Positions 18,337 through 27,151 of a stretch of DNA of 44,309 nucleotides are shown piece after piece; within the stretch, counting starts at the first letter, position 1; each line of letters starts with the position of its first letter. Source of the stretch: Sphingomonas sp. (GTDB lineage Bacteria > Pseudomonadota > Alphaproteobacteria > Sphingomonadales > Sphingomonadaceae); contig DASVUT010000055.1 in assembly GCA_036386955.1 (NCBI GenBank), positions 1-44,309 on the forward strand, written 5' to 3'. Position numbers and translations under genes: made by a program. The notes under the pieces are model-generated. The model was not told the DNA's origin. It made no database searches and saw only the letters and a list, made by a program, of their open reading frames with translations.

Positions 18337-20193
18337 TTACAGGTCGCCGAGCGGCTCCGCGTCGTCGCCGCGTCCGAGTACCGTCGCATAATCGCCATGC
18401 TCGACGATGCGCCCGCCCGCGAGCCTGCAGATCGTCGTGCAGCTCCGCAGCGTCGACAGCCGATGCGCGATCAGGATCACCGTGGCGGCGCGGCCCAAGG
18501 CGTCGATTTGCGCCATCACCGCAGCCTCCGTCCCATCGTCAAGCGCGCTGGTGGCTTCGTCCAGGATCAGCACATCGGCGCGTTTGTACAGCGCGCGGGC
18601 GATGCCGATCCGCTGGCGCTGTCCGCCCGACAGACGGATGCCCCGGTCGCCCACGGCCGTTGCATAGCCTTGCGGCAGGCCGGTGACGAAGTCGTGGATC
18701 TGCGCGCGCCGTGCGGCATCCTCCATCCGTGCGGTGTCGATCGCATCGCCGGGATCGCCCAATGCGATGTTGGCGGCGACGCTGTCGTCGGCCAAGAAGA
18801 TGGTCTGGGGCACATGCGCGATCTGTGCCTGCCAGTCCCCGACGCGCTCGGGCGTCAGCGGCACACCGTCGATCAGGATGCTGCCGGATCCTGGTTCCAG
18901 CAGCCCCGTGATGATGTCGACCAGCGTACTCTTCCCGCTTCCGCTCCTTCCGACGATCCCGATGCGGTCGCCCCGGGTGATGACCAGATCAATGCCCGTC
19001 AGCGCTGCGGCCCCGTCGGCATAGGCAAATCCCAGATCGATCAGCGCGATCTCGCGCGAAAAGGGCATGGCCGATCCACTGGACGGGGCGGCAGGCTCGA
19101 GCATCGGCCCCGCCATCAGACCCAGCACATCGGCCAGCGCGTGCCTCGCGGCCAGATACTGGATGGCCGCGTGATAGCTTGTCTGCACCAGCGGTAACAG
19201 ACGCTGCGCGCCCAGCACCAGTGCGCCCAGCACCGGCACCGCGGCCAGAATGCCGCCCGGGCGGTGGGTGAAATAGATCGCCAGCGATCCAATCAGCGCG
19301 ATGCCCGCCGCTTCCGCCACGAAACGCGGCGTTGTGGCGGTGATCGCCGCGCGCGCGCCCATGTTGCGAAACCGGTCGTTGATCCGGGCGAAGCGCCGCT
19401 CATGAACATGGTGCGACCGGTCCAGGATGATGTCGCGCAGGCCCCCCAGCCCTTCCTGGACCGCCTTTACCCGCGCCGTGGCCAGCCGCGCCCGCTCGCG
19501 CGAGATCAGCCGAAGCGAGGCGCGAGAGACCAGGGCGATGCCCAGATAGATCAGGCTCATCGATCCGGTGGTGACCGCGGCCGTGAACGGGTCGATCCAG
19601 AACAGCAGCGCGACGATGCACGCCGCGATCACCGCCGACGTGATCCCCATCATCACCGGCAGCAACATGGTGTTGGCCAGGATGTTGATCTTGTCGAACC
19701 CGGCCAGGATCTCGGAACCGTTGCGGTTGACGAAGACCTGATAGGGCTGACGCACGGTGCGCCGAAACAGCTCGGCATCCATGTCATAGCCCAGGCGGTA
19801 GATGAAACGCTGGCTTGCCCAGGCGAGCAGCAGCCGCACGCCCGCGGCCCCGACCGCGCAGGTGACGAGCAGCAACGCGGCGGGCACGACGAGGTCGGTT
19901 GCGCTGTTCCACCCGAATGCCGCGCGTACCGCGTCCAGCCGCGGTTCCGCGAGCACCATCTGGGGCGCGACGATCAGGCGCAGGAACGGCAGAACCGCCC
20001 CGATCGCCATCAGTTCGGCCACCGCGCCCGCCAGCATGAGCGCGAACAATAGCCCCACCTGCGCCTTGCGCCGCGGCGACATCCACCTGACCAGATCGCG
20101 CAGCCCGCGTTCGCGCGCGACCGATACCGGGTGCCTCATCCCCTGTGCCAACGATCGGTCGACATCGTCGTGGGGGACGCTGGTCAATGGCAT
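18337..20193 (-). CDS. ABC exporter, fused permease + ATPase (PglK/MsbA-like glycolipid flippase)
   Basis: N-terminal TM helices; Walker A GRSGSGKST, signature LSGGQRQR, Walker B ILDEATSALD, IAHRLST. Confidence 0.9.
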   Translation of the reverse strand: MPLTSVPHDDVDRSLAQGMRHPVSVARERGLRDLVRWMSPRRKAQVGLLFALMLAGAVAELMAIGAVLPFLRLIVAPQMVLAEPRLDAVRAAFGWNSATDLVVPAALLLVTCAVGAAGVRLLLAWASQRFIYRLGYDMDAELFRRTVRQPYQVFVNRNGSEILAGFDKINILANTMLLPVMMGITSAVIAACIVALLFWIDPFTAAVTTGSMSLIYLGIALVSRASLRLISRERARLATARVKAVQEGLGGLRDIILDRSHHVHERRFARINDRFRNMGARAAITATTPRFVAEAAGIALIGSLAIYFTHRPGGILAAVPVLGALVLGAQRLLPLVQTSYHAAIQYLAARHALADVLGLMAGPMLEPAAPSSGSAMPFSREIALIDLGFAYADGAAALTGIDLVITRGDRIGIVGRSGSGKSTLVDIITGLLEPGSGSILIDGVPLTPERVGDWQAQIAHVPQTIFLADDSVAANIALGDPGDAIDTARMEDAARRAQIHDFVTGLPQGYATAVGDRGIRLSGGQRQRIGIARALYKRADVLILDEATSALDDGTEAAVMAQIDALGRAATVILIAHRLSTLRSCTTICRLAGGRIVEHGDYATVLGRGDDAEPLGDL

Positions 20194-20274
20194 GCCGCCC
20201 CCTAGCCCAAAATGAGGATGAAAGGGTTAGGATCGGCGCGGATCGCGCGGTAGCACAGGCGCCGACCCGTCCGG

Positions 20275-21828
20275 ATGGCCGATACCGAGTTCCGGCCCGC
20301 CCTGTCGGGACGTGCCCTTCGACGCTCGGATCCGGTCCGGGCGTGGCCTTGCTTGGACATGCCGATCATGAATCCGACCCTTTCCGGATCAGATGGACGA
20401 AGCCTGTCGATCGGTTTGGGTCTGGCGGTCGCGATCTGCGTGATCCTTCATCTGACGTTCGCGTCGACGACGCTTTGGACCGATGAACTGGCCTCCGAGA
20501 TGTTCTCCCGGCAACCCTTATCGGTGCTGTGGTCCGATTGGATGCGCCGGGAAACCAATCCTCCATTATATTACACGCTGCTGAAATACTGGTCGCTCGC
20601 CATCGGCGGTTCCGACGATGCTCTCAGGGCCTTGTCCCTCGTCATCGGTGCGATATCGGTCGTGGCCTGTGGTTTGATCGTTCATTCGATCACGCGGGCG
20701 CCTGGATGCGCGATCGCCGCCGCCATCTGGACCGCCGGTTCGATGTCGCATGTCTATTACAGCCAGGAAGTCAGGGCCTATGCGCTGGCGCACCTCGCCG
20801 TGCTGTTGTCGCTGCACTGTTTCGTGCAGATCGTTCGCCCGCGGGAAGACCGTTCGCCAGCGTGGCCGATCGCCTATGTCGTGGCGACATCGGTCGTTCT
20901 GTATTCGCATTCCACCCTGATCCTGATTCCGGCACTTTACGTGATCGGCTTTATCGTTCTCGCCGTGAGGGGTGCGGTGGAAAGAAGAACGATCCTCCTG
21001 TTCCTCGGGGCGAATGCCGTCGTGCTGGCTTTATACTCATGGTGGATGGGGATCGTTCTTTGGCAGATAACGAACGCCTCGAACGTCGATTGGATCGCCA
21101 GGCCCGATCTGCGCGGTGCCGCGGGCATGACCATGGGGGCGTATCATGGTCCGGTGACGCCCTTTCTGTTGTTCGCTCTTTGCGCGCTCTTCCTGGCGGC
21201 GAGTGGATCATGGGCCTTTCGACGGTCGCCGGTGATCATCTACGCGCTCGTTGCCGGCGGAATGCCGCTTCTGCTGTTCGGGATAAGTCAGTTCAAGCCG
21301 ATCATGCTCGATCGCACGCTCTATCCCGCAAGCGGCGCTTTTCTCGTCTGCATGGCGCTTGGCCTGTGTCGCGTTCGATCGGCCAGGCTCCGGATGGCGA
21401 TCTCGGTTGTCGTCGCCGCATGCCTGCTTGCACCATTGATGATGCATGGGCGGCCCTTGACCAGGGAGCCGTGGCGCGACGGCATCGGGCTGATCAGTCG
21501 GATCGATCCGCGCGCGGTTGTCGTGGCCGAAAATCATGCGGCCTCGCTCGCGCTTGCCCGCTACTGCCTCAAGCCGGCCTGCGGCTTGCAGGTCATCACG
21601 CCGCGCCGCCGCGACGAAGGTTTCACGCGGGGCATCCCGCTGCCCAACAGCGTCATGAACTACCGCGTTTCGCCGTCGGACAAGCGGCCGATCTTCATCC
21701 TGGCCCGCGTCACGCCCAGACATGCTCCGGCCTTCGGGCGGATCATTCCGGGACGAGCTGCGCCGCTGCTGCTCGACCAGGGACCCATGATCGGCTCGCC
21801 CGTGAAGCTATTCTATTCGAAACCATGA
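20275..21828 (+). CDS. GT-C membrane glycosyltransferase (PMT/ArnT-like, GT39/GT83)
   Basis: LWTDE, ETNPPLYYTLL, LRALS, YYSQEVRAYAL and many TM helices. Exact start uncertain (20275, 20359 or 20368). Confidence 0.8.
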   Translation: MADTEFRPALSGRALRRSDPVRAWPCLDMPIMNPTLSGSDGRSLSIGLGLAVAICVILHLTFASTTLWTDELASEMFSRQPLSVLWSDWMRRETNPPLYYTLLKYWSLAIGGSDDALRALSLVIGAISVVACGLIVHSITRAPGCAIAAAIWTAGSMSHVYYSQEVRAYALAHLAVLLSLHCFVQIVRPREDRSPAWPIAYVVATSVVLYSHSTLILIPALYVIGFIVLAVRGAVERRTILLFLGANAVVLALYSWWMGIVLWQITNASNVDWIARPDLRGAAGMTMGAYHGPVTPFLLFALCALFLAASGSWAFRRSPVIIYALVAGGMPLLLFGISQFKPIMLDRTLYPASGAFLVCMALGLCRVRSARLRMAISVVVAACLLAPLMMHGRPLTREPWRDGIGLISRIDPRAVVVAENHAASLALARYCLKPACGLQVITPRRRDEGFTRGIPLPNSVMNYRVSPSDKRPIFILARVTPRHAPAFGRIIPGRAAPLLLDQGPMIGSPVKLFYSKP

Positions 21829-21871
21829 AGATGGCAGCGTGGGTCCCGATTGCCGGCATGACCTGCACCGG

Positions 21872-22708
21872 TCAGCGAAACGTCACGTCCCACTTGCCGT
21901 GCTCGCCGCTGACCGACCAGCCATAGGCGTCGAGCCCGCCGGCGCGCTGCTGCGCCACCAGGAACTGCCACATCATGTTGATGCGACGGATATAATAGCG
22001 GACGGTGAACTGGTCGACGCGGCCATGCGGCTGCTTGGCGATGCCGCCGAACAACAGCCGGTCCGAGGTGAAGCCCGGCTTCCTGTCCAGCGTGTCGCCG
22101 TACAGGCTGAGCGCACGGGTCAGCGTCACCTTGTCGATCATCAGGCAGTTGGGATCGACGAAGCCGCCCGTGGCCATGAACCGCCCTGCTCCAGGGCCCA
22201 CCGAATCCCAGATATCGGGGCCGAGCACCCGACCCGTGTTCTCGTCGACCAAGAAACGCTGCGCATAGGCCCAGGCCTTGCCCTGGATCGCGGCGTGCAA
22301 CAGCGCCAGGTGATCGGGCAGCCATTCATTGTCGTCGTCGAGCTGTGCGAGCAGCCGCGCGTTCGCGCTGAACGCCAGAATCGATTTCAGTCCGCCGCCG
22401 TCCATGGTGACATGAACCCCGCCATGGCGCGTGGAGGTCGACCAGGGCAGATGCACGACCAGTATCGACACATGCGCCGGCCGTGCCACGATCGCGGCCA
22501 GCATCGGTGCGGCGTCGCCCTGTTGCACGTCAATGCCGATCACGATCTGGATCCGCCCGTCGAACCGCTGGTCAAAGATCGACTGGAGCGCACGGGCGAT
22601 AGTGGGGCGCACGATCGTGGGGATCATCACCGCGACATCGGCGGGCCTTTGCGCATCACCGGTCGCGTCCGGATACCACCCGGCCAGGGTCGAAGCTGCT
22701 ATCGTCAC
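21872..22708 (-). CDS. GT-A fold (GT2-like) glycosyltransferase
   Basis: VAVMIPTIVRPTIARALQSIFDQ, AQLDDDNEWLPDHL, FVDPNC. Confidence 0.75.
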   Translation of the reverse strand: MTIAASTLAGWYPDATGDAQRPADVAVMIPTIVRPTIARALQSIFDQRFDGRIQIVIGIDVQQGDAAPMLAAIVARPAHVSILVVHLPWSTSTRHGGVHVTMDGGGLKSILAFSANARLLAQLDDDNEWLPDHLALLHAAIQGKAWAYAQRFLVDENTGRVLGPDIWDSVGPGAGRFMATGGFVDPNCLMIDKVTLTRALSLYGDTLDRKPGFTSDRLLFGGIAKQPHGRVDQFTVRYYIRRINMMWQFLVAQQRAGGLDAYGWSVSGEHGKWDVTFR

Positions 22709-22755
22709 CGCGCTTCCCGATTAAGGGGGGGCCAGGACGCGAAGGACGAGATGCG

Positions 22756-23427
22756 ATGCCGGTACATGTTCTCCATATCGGTAAGACGGGGGGCACCGCC
22801 GTCAAGCACGTCCTTCGCCCCTTCGCCGACCAAGGCCTGTTCGTTCTTCACGGGCATGCGCACCGGTTGCGCGATTGTCCCGCGGATGCGCTCGTGTTTT
22901 TCGTCGTGCGCCACCCGGTCGATCGGTTCGTCAGCGCCTTCAACAGCCGGTTGCGCCAGGGCCGTCCGCGTCACGATGTGCCCTGGTCGCGCAAGGAGCG
23001 GCTGGCCTTCCGGATCTTCCCATCGCCCAATCATCTTGCCGAGGCGATCGGCAGCCGCAACCCGCTCACCAGGGCCGCGGCACGCTGGGCGATGCGTGGA
23101 ATAGGGCATGTCGGCACCCCCTTGTCCTATTGGCTGGAAAGCGCCGATTACCTGACGAACCGAGGCCAAGTGATTATCGGCACGATGCACGATCTCGACC
23201 GCGACCTGAACCGGGTGCTCGCTATAGCGGGCGCCCCGTCGCGCGCCATCCTGCCGTCGGACCCCCTCACCGCGCACGTCACGCCGCCCGGTATGAGCAC
23301 CGCGCTCAGCGAACAGGGCCGCGCCCATCTGACATGCTGGCTGAAAGAGGATATCGCCCTGTACGAGCATTGCCTGACGCTTGCCGCTGCGAATCCGGTC
23401 GCTAAGGAGGTGGGTTTTCACGAATAG
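22756..23427 (+). CDS. Sulfotransferase (Sulfotransfer_2-like carbohydrate sulfotransferase)
   Basis: 5'-PSB motif LHIGKTGGTAV, 3'-PB motif VVRHPVDRFVSAF, C-terminal EDIALY. Confidence 0.82.
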   Translation: MPVHVLHIGKTGGTAVKHVLRPFADQGLFVLHGHAHRLRDCPADALVFFVVRHPVDRFVSAFNSRLRQGRPRHDVPWSRKERLAFRIFPSPNHLAEAIGSRNPLTRAAARWAMRGIGHVGTPLSYWLESADYLTNRGQVIIGTMHDLDRDLNRVLAIAGAPSRAILPSDPLTAHVTPPGMSTALSEQGRAHLTCWLKEDIALYEHCLTLAAANPVAKEVGFHE

Positions 23428-23448
23428 ACCGACCGGACAGGGGCTCGA

Positions 23449-24720
23449 ATGGCCGACAACAAGCGCGTGGTGGTGGTCGGGCTCGGCTATGTCGGGTTGC
23501 CGCTCGCGGTCGCGCTGGCACGCTCGGTCGAGACCTGGGGCCTGGACGTCGACGCACGCCGCATCGACGAGCTGGAGCAGGGGCATGACCGCACCGGCGA
23601 GATCGACGCCGATCGCCTCGCCGCGTCCACGCTACGACTGACTACCGATCCGGCCGCTTGCCCGGACGCCGATTTCTACATCGTCACCGTGCCGACCCCC
23701 GTCGATGCCGATAACAAGCCCGACCTGTCGATCGTGATGGCGGCGACGCGCACGGTCGCGAGCATGCTGCGCGCCGGGCGGCGATCGATCGTGGTCTATG
23801 AAAGCACGGTTTATCCCGGCGTCACCGAGGAGCTGTGCGGCCCCGCGCTCGAGCGGATCACCGAGCTCACCTGCGGCGAGGATTTCTTCCTCGCCTATTC
23901 GCCCGAACGCATCAACCCGGGCGACCGCGAACACACGGTCGACCGCATCATCAAGGTCGTGTCCGGTCAGACGCCCGAGGTGCTCGATGCGGTTGCCGCG
24001 CTATACGAGCAGGTGACCACGGGCGGCGTGTTCCGCGCCGCGTCGATCAAGGCCGCCGAGGCCGCCAAGGTGATCGAGAACGCGCAGCGCGACATCAACA
24101 TCGCCTTCGTCAACGAGATCACGCAGATATTTTCGCGCATGGACCTGTCGGTCTGGGACGTGCTGGCTGCGGCAGGGACCAAGTGGAATTTCCTGAAGTT
24201 CGAACCCGGGCTGGTGGGCGGCCACTGTATCGGCGTCGATCCCTATTATCTGGCGCACCGCGCGACCGAGCTCGGCTGCGACCCCAGGATCATTCTGGCC
24301 GGGCGCGGCACCAATGACGGCATGGCGCAGTGGGTCGCAGGGTCGGTGCATCACTGGCATGCGAAGGAGGCCGGTCGCGTGCTGGTGCTGGGCCTCGCGT
24401 TCAAGCCCGACGTGCCCGACCTGCGCAATTCCAAGGTCGCCGATCTCGTTGCCGCCTTCGGCTCGCTCGGCTACCGGGTCGATGTCCACGACCCGCTCGT
24501 CTCGGCTGACGAAGCGCGCCATGAATATGGGCTGGAGCTGATCGCCGAGCCCGCCGGGCCCTATGAACTGATCGTGCTGGCGGTGCCGCATGCCCCGTTG
24601 GTGAGCGGGTTCGATCGCTTTGCTACCTTCCTAGCCCCGGAAGGCGGGGTTGCCGACCTGAAGAACGCGCTGGCTGGAACTGGGCAGGTGCCGGAAGGCA
24701 CCCGGCTATGGACCATGTAG
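23449..24720 (+). CDS. UDP-N-acetylhexosamine 6-dehydrogenase (TviB/WbpO-like nucleotide-sugar dehydrogenase)
   Basis: GLGYVGLPLA, YESTVYPG, YSPERINPGD, KVIENAQRDINIA, GLVGGHCIGVDPYYL, PDLRNSK. Confidence 0.93.
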   Translation: MADNKRVVVVGLGYVGLPLAVALARSVETWGLDVDARRIDELEQGHDRTGEIDADRLAASTLRLTTDPAACPDADFYIVTVPTPVDADNKPDLSIVMAATRTVASMLRAGRRSIVVYESTVYPGVTEELCGPALERITELTCGEDFFLAYSPERINPGDREHTVDRIIKVVSGQTPEVLDAVAALYEQVTTGGVFRAASIKAAEAAKVIENAQRDINIAFVNEITQIFSRMDLSVWDVLAAAGTKWNFLKFEPGLVGGHCIGVDPYYLAHRATELGCDPRIILAGRGTNDGMAQWVAGSVHHWHAKEAGRVLVLGLAFKPDVPDLRNSKVADLVAAFGSLGYRVDVHDPLVSADEARHEYGLELIAEPAGPYELIVLAVPHAPLVSGFDRFATFLAPEGGVADLKNALAGTGQVPEGTRLWTM

Positions 24721-24787
24721 CGATCGCGCCTACATCGTGAACCGAACGGCCGTTCGTCGTTCGCGTATCAGCGTTCGAGGATGCCCC

Positions 24788-25555
24788 GTGTTAGCCAAAT
24801 TGTTTCGCCGCGTGTCGGCTAATATCACGGCCGAACGCCGCTTTGCAGGGCCGCCGGGCAAGCGGCTCTATGCGGTGGGCGATATCCATGGTCGGCTCGA
24901 CCTGCTCGACGATCTGCTGGCGCAGATCGCGAACGACATCGCCGCGCGTCCGGTGGACACCGCCGTCATGGTGTTTCTGGGCGATCTGATCGATCGTGGT
25001 CCCGACTCCGCCGGGGTGATCGACCGGCTGTGCCATCTGGACCATCCGGCGCGCGCTCTGTTCATCCTGGGCAATCACGAGGAAATCCTGCTGCGCGCGC
25101 TGGCGGGCGACCCGGGTGTGGCGCATGACTGGCTGGGCTTTGGCGGAGATGCGTGCGCGCAAAGCTACGGGATCGCCGCGTCCGCCCTCAAGGCCATGGA
25201 CGAGGCGCGCATAGCCACGTTGCTGCGCCAAGCCATTCCGCCCGACCATATCGCATTTCTGCAGGGCTTTGGCGACACGATCCGGTTCGGCGATTATCTG
25301 CTCGTTCACGCCGGCATCCGCCCGGGCGTCGCGATCGAGGACCAGCAGCCCCATGACCTGCGCTGGATCCGCGGGCCTTTCCTGTCGGACGCGCACGACC
25401 ATGGCTGCATGGTGATCCACGGCCACACGATCAGCGACGGCGTCGATCAACGATCGAACCGGATCGGCATCGACACCGGCGCGTATCAGACGGGCATCCT
25501 GACCGCCGCGGTGGTCGAGGAGGAGGAGCTTCGTTTCCTGGCGACGGGCGGCTGA
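24788..25555 (+). CDS. Metallophosphoesterase (PPP/PrpA-like protein phosphatase)
   Basis: GDIHG, GDLIDRG, GNHE, VHAG, HGHT, GIDTGA. GTG 24788 preceded by GAGGA. Confidence 0.9.
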   Translation: MLAKLFRRVSANITAERRFAGPPGKRLYAVGDIHGRLDLLDDLLAQIANDIAARPVDTAVMVFLGDLIDRGPDSAGVIDRLCHLDHPARALFILGNHEEILLRALAGDPGVAHDWLGFGGDACAQSYGIAASALKAMDEARIATLLRQAIPPDHIAFLQGFGDTIRFGDYLLVHAGIRPGVAIEDQQPHDLRWIRGPFLSDAHDHGCMVIHGHTISDGVDQRSNRIGIDTGAYQTGILTAAVVEEEELRFLATGG

Positions 25556-25570
25556 CCGACGTCCGGTATA

Positions 25571-25597
25571 TACGGAATGTCCGTAACCTCCTATCAT
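25571..25597 (+). promoter_or_regulatory. Candidate antitoxin operator and -10 element of the TA operon
   Basis: Inverted repeat TACGGA-ATG-TCCGTA (25571-25585) followed by TATCAT (25592-25597), just upstream of the antitoxin RBS. Confidence 0.55.
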
Positions 25598-25613
25598 GTG
25601 ATGGGAGTTCGAC

Positions 25614-25868
25614 CTGGAGAAAGCTTCATCAACCGACGTTTCGAAGCGGTTCGGCTTCTATTATGACGAAGCGATGACCCATCCGCTGGCGATCGAATGC
25701 AACGGCGCGGTGCGGGTCGTGATGATGCCCGCAGCAGAATATGAAAGGCTGGCACGACTGGATCACATCGCATTGTCACCCCAGGAACTCGACCAGAGCG
25801 ATCTGGCCGCGATCCGCGATGCCGTGGTGCCCGACAGCGCGTGGAAGCTGGACCATCTCCTGGATTAG
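25614..25868 (+). CDS. Phd/YefM-family antitoxin (apparent CTG start)
   Basis: In-frame extension of the 25674 ORF gives (M)EKASSTDVSKRFGFYYDEAMTHPLAIECNGAVRVVMMPAAEYERL, a typical Phd N-terminus. GGGAG lies 6 nt before CTG 25614; in-frame stop at 25599. Confidence 0.78.
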   Translation: MEKASSTDVSKRFGFYYDEAMTHPLAIECNGAVRVVMMPAAEYERLARLDHIALSPQELDQSDLAAIRDAVVPDSAWKLDHLLD

Positions 25869-26262
25869 GCCCCGTCCTGCCGACGTCATCTTCTACAGCT
25901 ATTTATGGCGGCACGAAGCGGTGCGGGGTGAGGATGGCGGTCGCAAGGATCGTCCCTGCCTGGTTCTGGCAGCGACGCCCGTTCAGGCCGGGCTGCGGGT
26001 CATCACCGCGCCGATCATCACCAAACGTCATCAGCCTGGCCAGTTGGTCGTCCTGCCGCCGGGTGTTGCGCGGCACCTTGGGCTAGAGCCGGGTTGCGCC
26101 GTGGTATGCGACGACTTGAACCGTTTGATCTGGGTCGGCCCGGACGTGCGAGCGACGCCGAACGGCACGCCATTTTACGGGCAAGTTCCCGGCCCATTGT
26201 TCGAACAGATCAGGGCGCGTGTCATGGCCAATGCGGTGACACCTACGCCACGAACGGGGTGA
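25864..26262 (+). CDS. PemK/MazF-like toxin (start codon uncertain)
   Basis: RPRPADVIFYSYLW...G.DGGRKDRPCLVL...TAPI...LGL...VVCDDLN...W.GPD...FYGQVP, overlapping the antitoxin stop. Candidate starts are ATT 25864 or ATG 25819. Confidence 0.75.
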   Translation: MRPRPADVIFYSYLWRHEAVRGEDGGRKDRPCLVLAATPVQAGLRVITAPIITKRHQPGQLVVLPPGVARHLGLEPGCAVVCDDLNRLIWVGPDVRATPNGTPFYGQVPGPLFEQIRARVMANAVTPTPRTG

Positions 26263-26432
26263 GCAATGGTTCGCAAGCTGGTTTGACGGATGGAACCCGG
26301 TTGATCATCGATGCGTAGCCGAAAAAAGGCCCGCGCCCACGTGGAATCGCCCGCGACTTGCTCCAAACCGGCGTTAACGGTAAAGCGCGGGCCTGCATTG
26401 GCCGGATGCAAAATCAATTCCAGGACAACGAC

Positions 26433-27131
26433 ATGACGATACGCGGATCGATGGGCCGGATGATGGTGGTCGGTCTGGCCCTGACGTTGGCCGCGTGTCA
26501 GTCGAGCCGTGGAGGTAATATCCCCTATAACGTGTCGAATTTCGGCACGCCCGACGCGCCCAAGGTGTCAGCGGTTGACGATACCTATAAGCTGGCACCG
26601 CTCGACACGGTCAACATCAACGTGTTCCAGGTCGGCGACCTGTCCAAGGATTATTTGATCGACCAGAGCGGGCGGTTGACCATGCCGCTGCTCGGCCGCG
26701 TCGATGCGGTGGGGGTCAGCACCACCGAACTGGGCACGCGGATCGCTACGCGCCTGAACGAACGCTATCTGCGCAACCCCAGCGTCACTGTGACGCTGAA
26801 GGAATCGGCCAGCCGCGTCGTGACGGTGGACGGATCGGTGCGTCAGCCGGGCATCTATCCCGCCACGGGCCCCTTGTCGCTGGTCCAGGTCGTGGCGCTG
26901 GCGCGCGGCACCGACGAGCTCGCCAATCCTCGGCGCGTCGCCATTTTCCGGACCATCGGGGGCAAGCGCATGGCCGCCGCGTTCGACCTTACCAGCATCC
27001 GCCGCGGCGACGATCAGGATCCGCCCGTTTTCCCGGGCGATACGGTGGTGGTCGACGGTTCGGGCGTGAAAAAGGCGCAGCGTGACATTTTGCAGAACCT
27101 GCCGCTGACCTCGCTCTTCTTTGCGTTCTGA
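26433..27131 (+). CDS. wza: Polysaccharide export outer-membrane lipoprotein (Wza/OPX family)
   Basis: Lipobox LAAC; PES motif YKLAPLDTV...IDQSGRLTMPLLG...YLRNPSVTV; SLBB motif VDGSVRQPGIY; PGDTVVV. Confidence 0.9.
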   Translation: MTIRGSMGRMMVVGLALTLAACQSSRGGNIPYNVSNFGTPDAPKVSAVDDTYKLAPLDTVNINVFQVGDLSKDYLIDQSGRLTMPLLGRVDAVGVSTTELGTRIATRLNERYLRNPSVTVTLKESASRVVTVDGSVRQPGIYPATGPLSLVQVVALARGTDELANPRRVAIFRTIGGKRMAAAFDLTSIRRGDDQDPPVFPGDTVVVDGSGVKKAQRDILQNLPLTSLFFAF

Positions 27132-27151
27132 CGCACCCTTAGGACTAGTAC

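Noticed and set aside
18337-20193. ABC protein as the HlyB/PrtD exporter of the RTX proteins
   Set aside because: No C39-like domain and no adjacent membrane-fusion gene; sequence and context fit PglK/MsbA-like glycan exporters better. Not formally excluded.
24715-24735. ATGTAG...CTACAT hairpin as a second copy of the recombinase-adjacent palindrome
   Set aside because: Only 6-bp arms, different spacing and core, and it overlaps the dehydrogenase stop codon; likely chance or a simple RNA hairpin.
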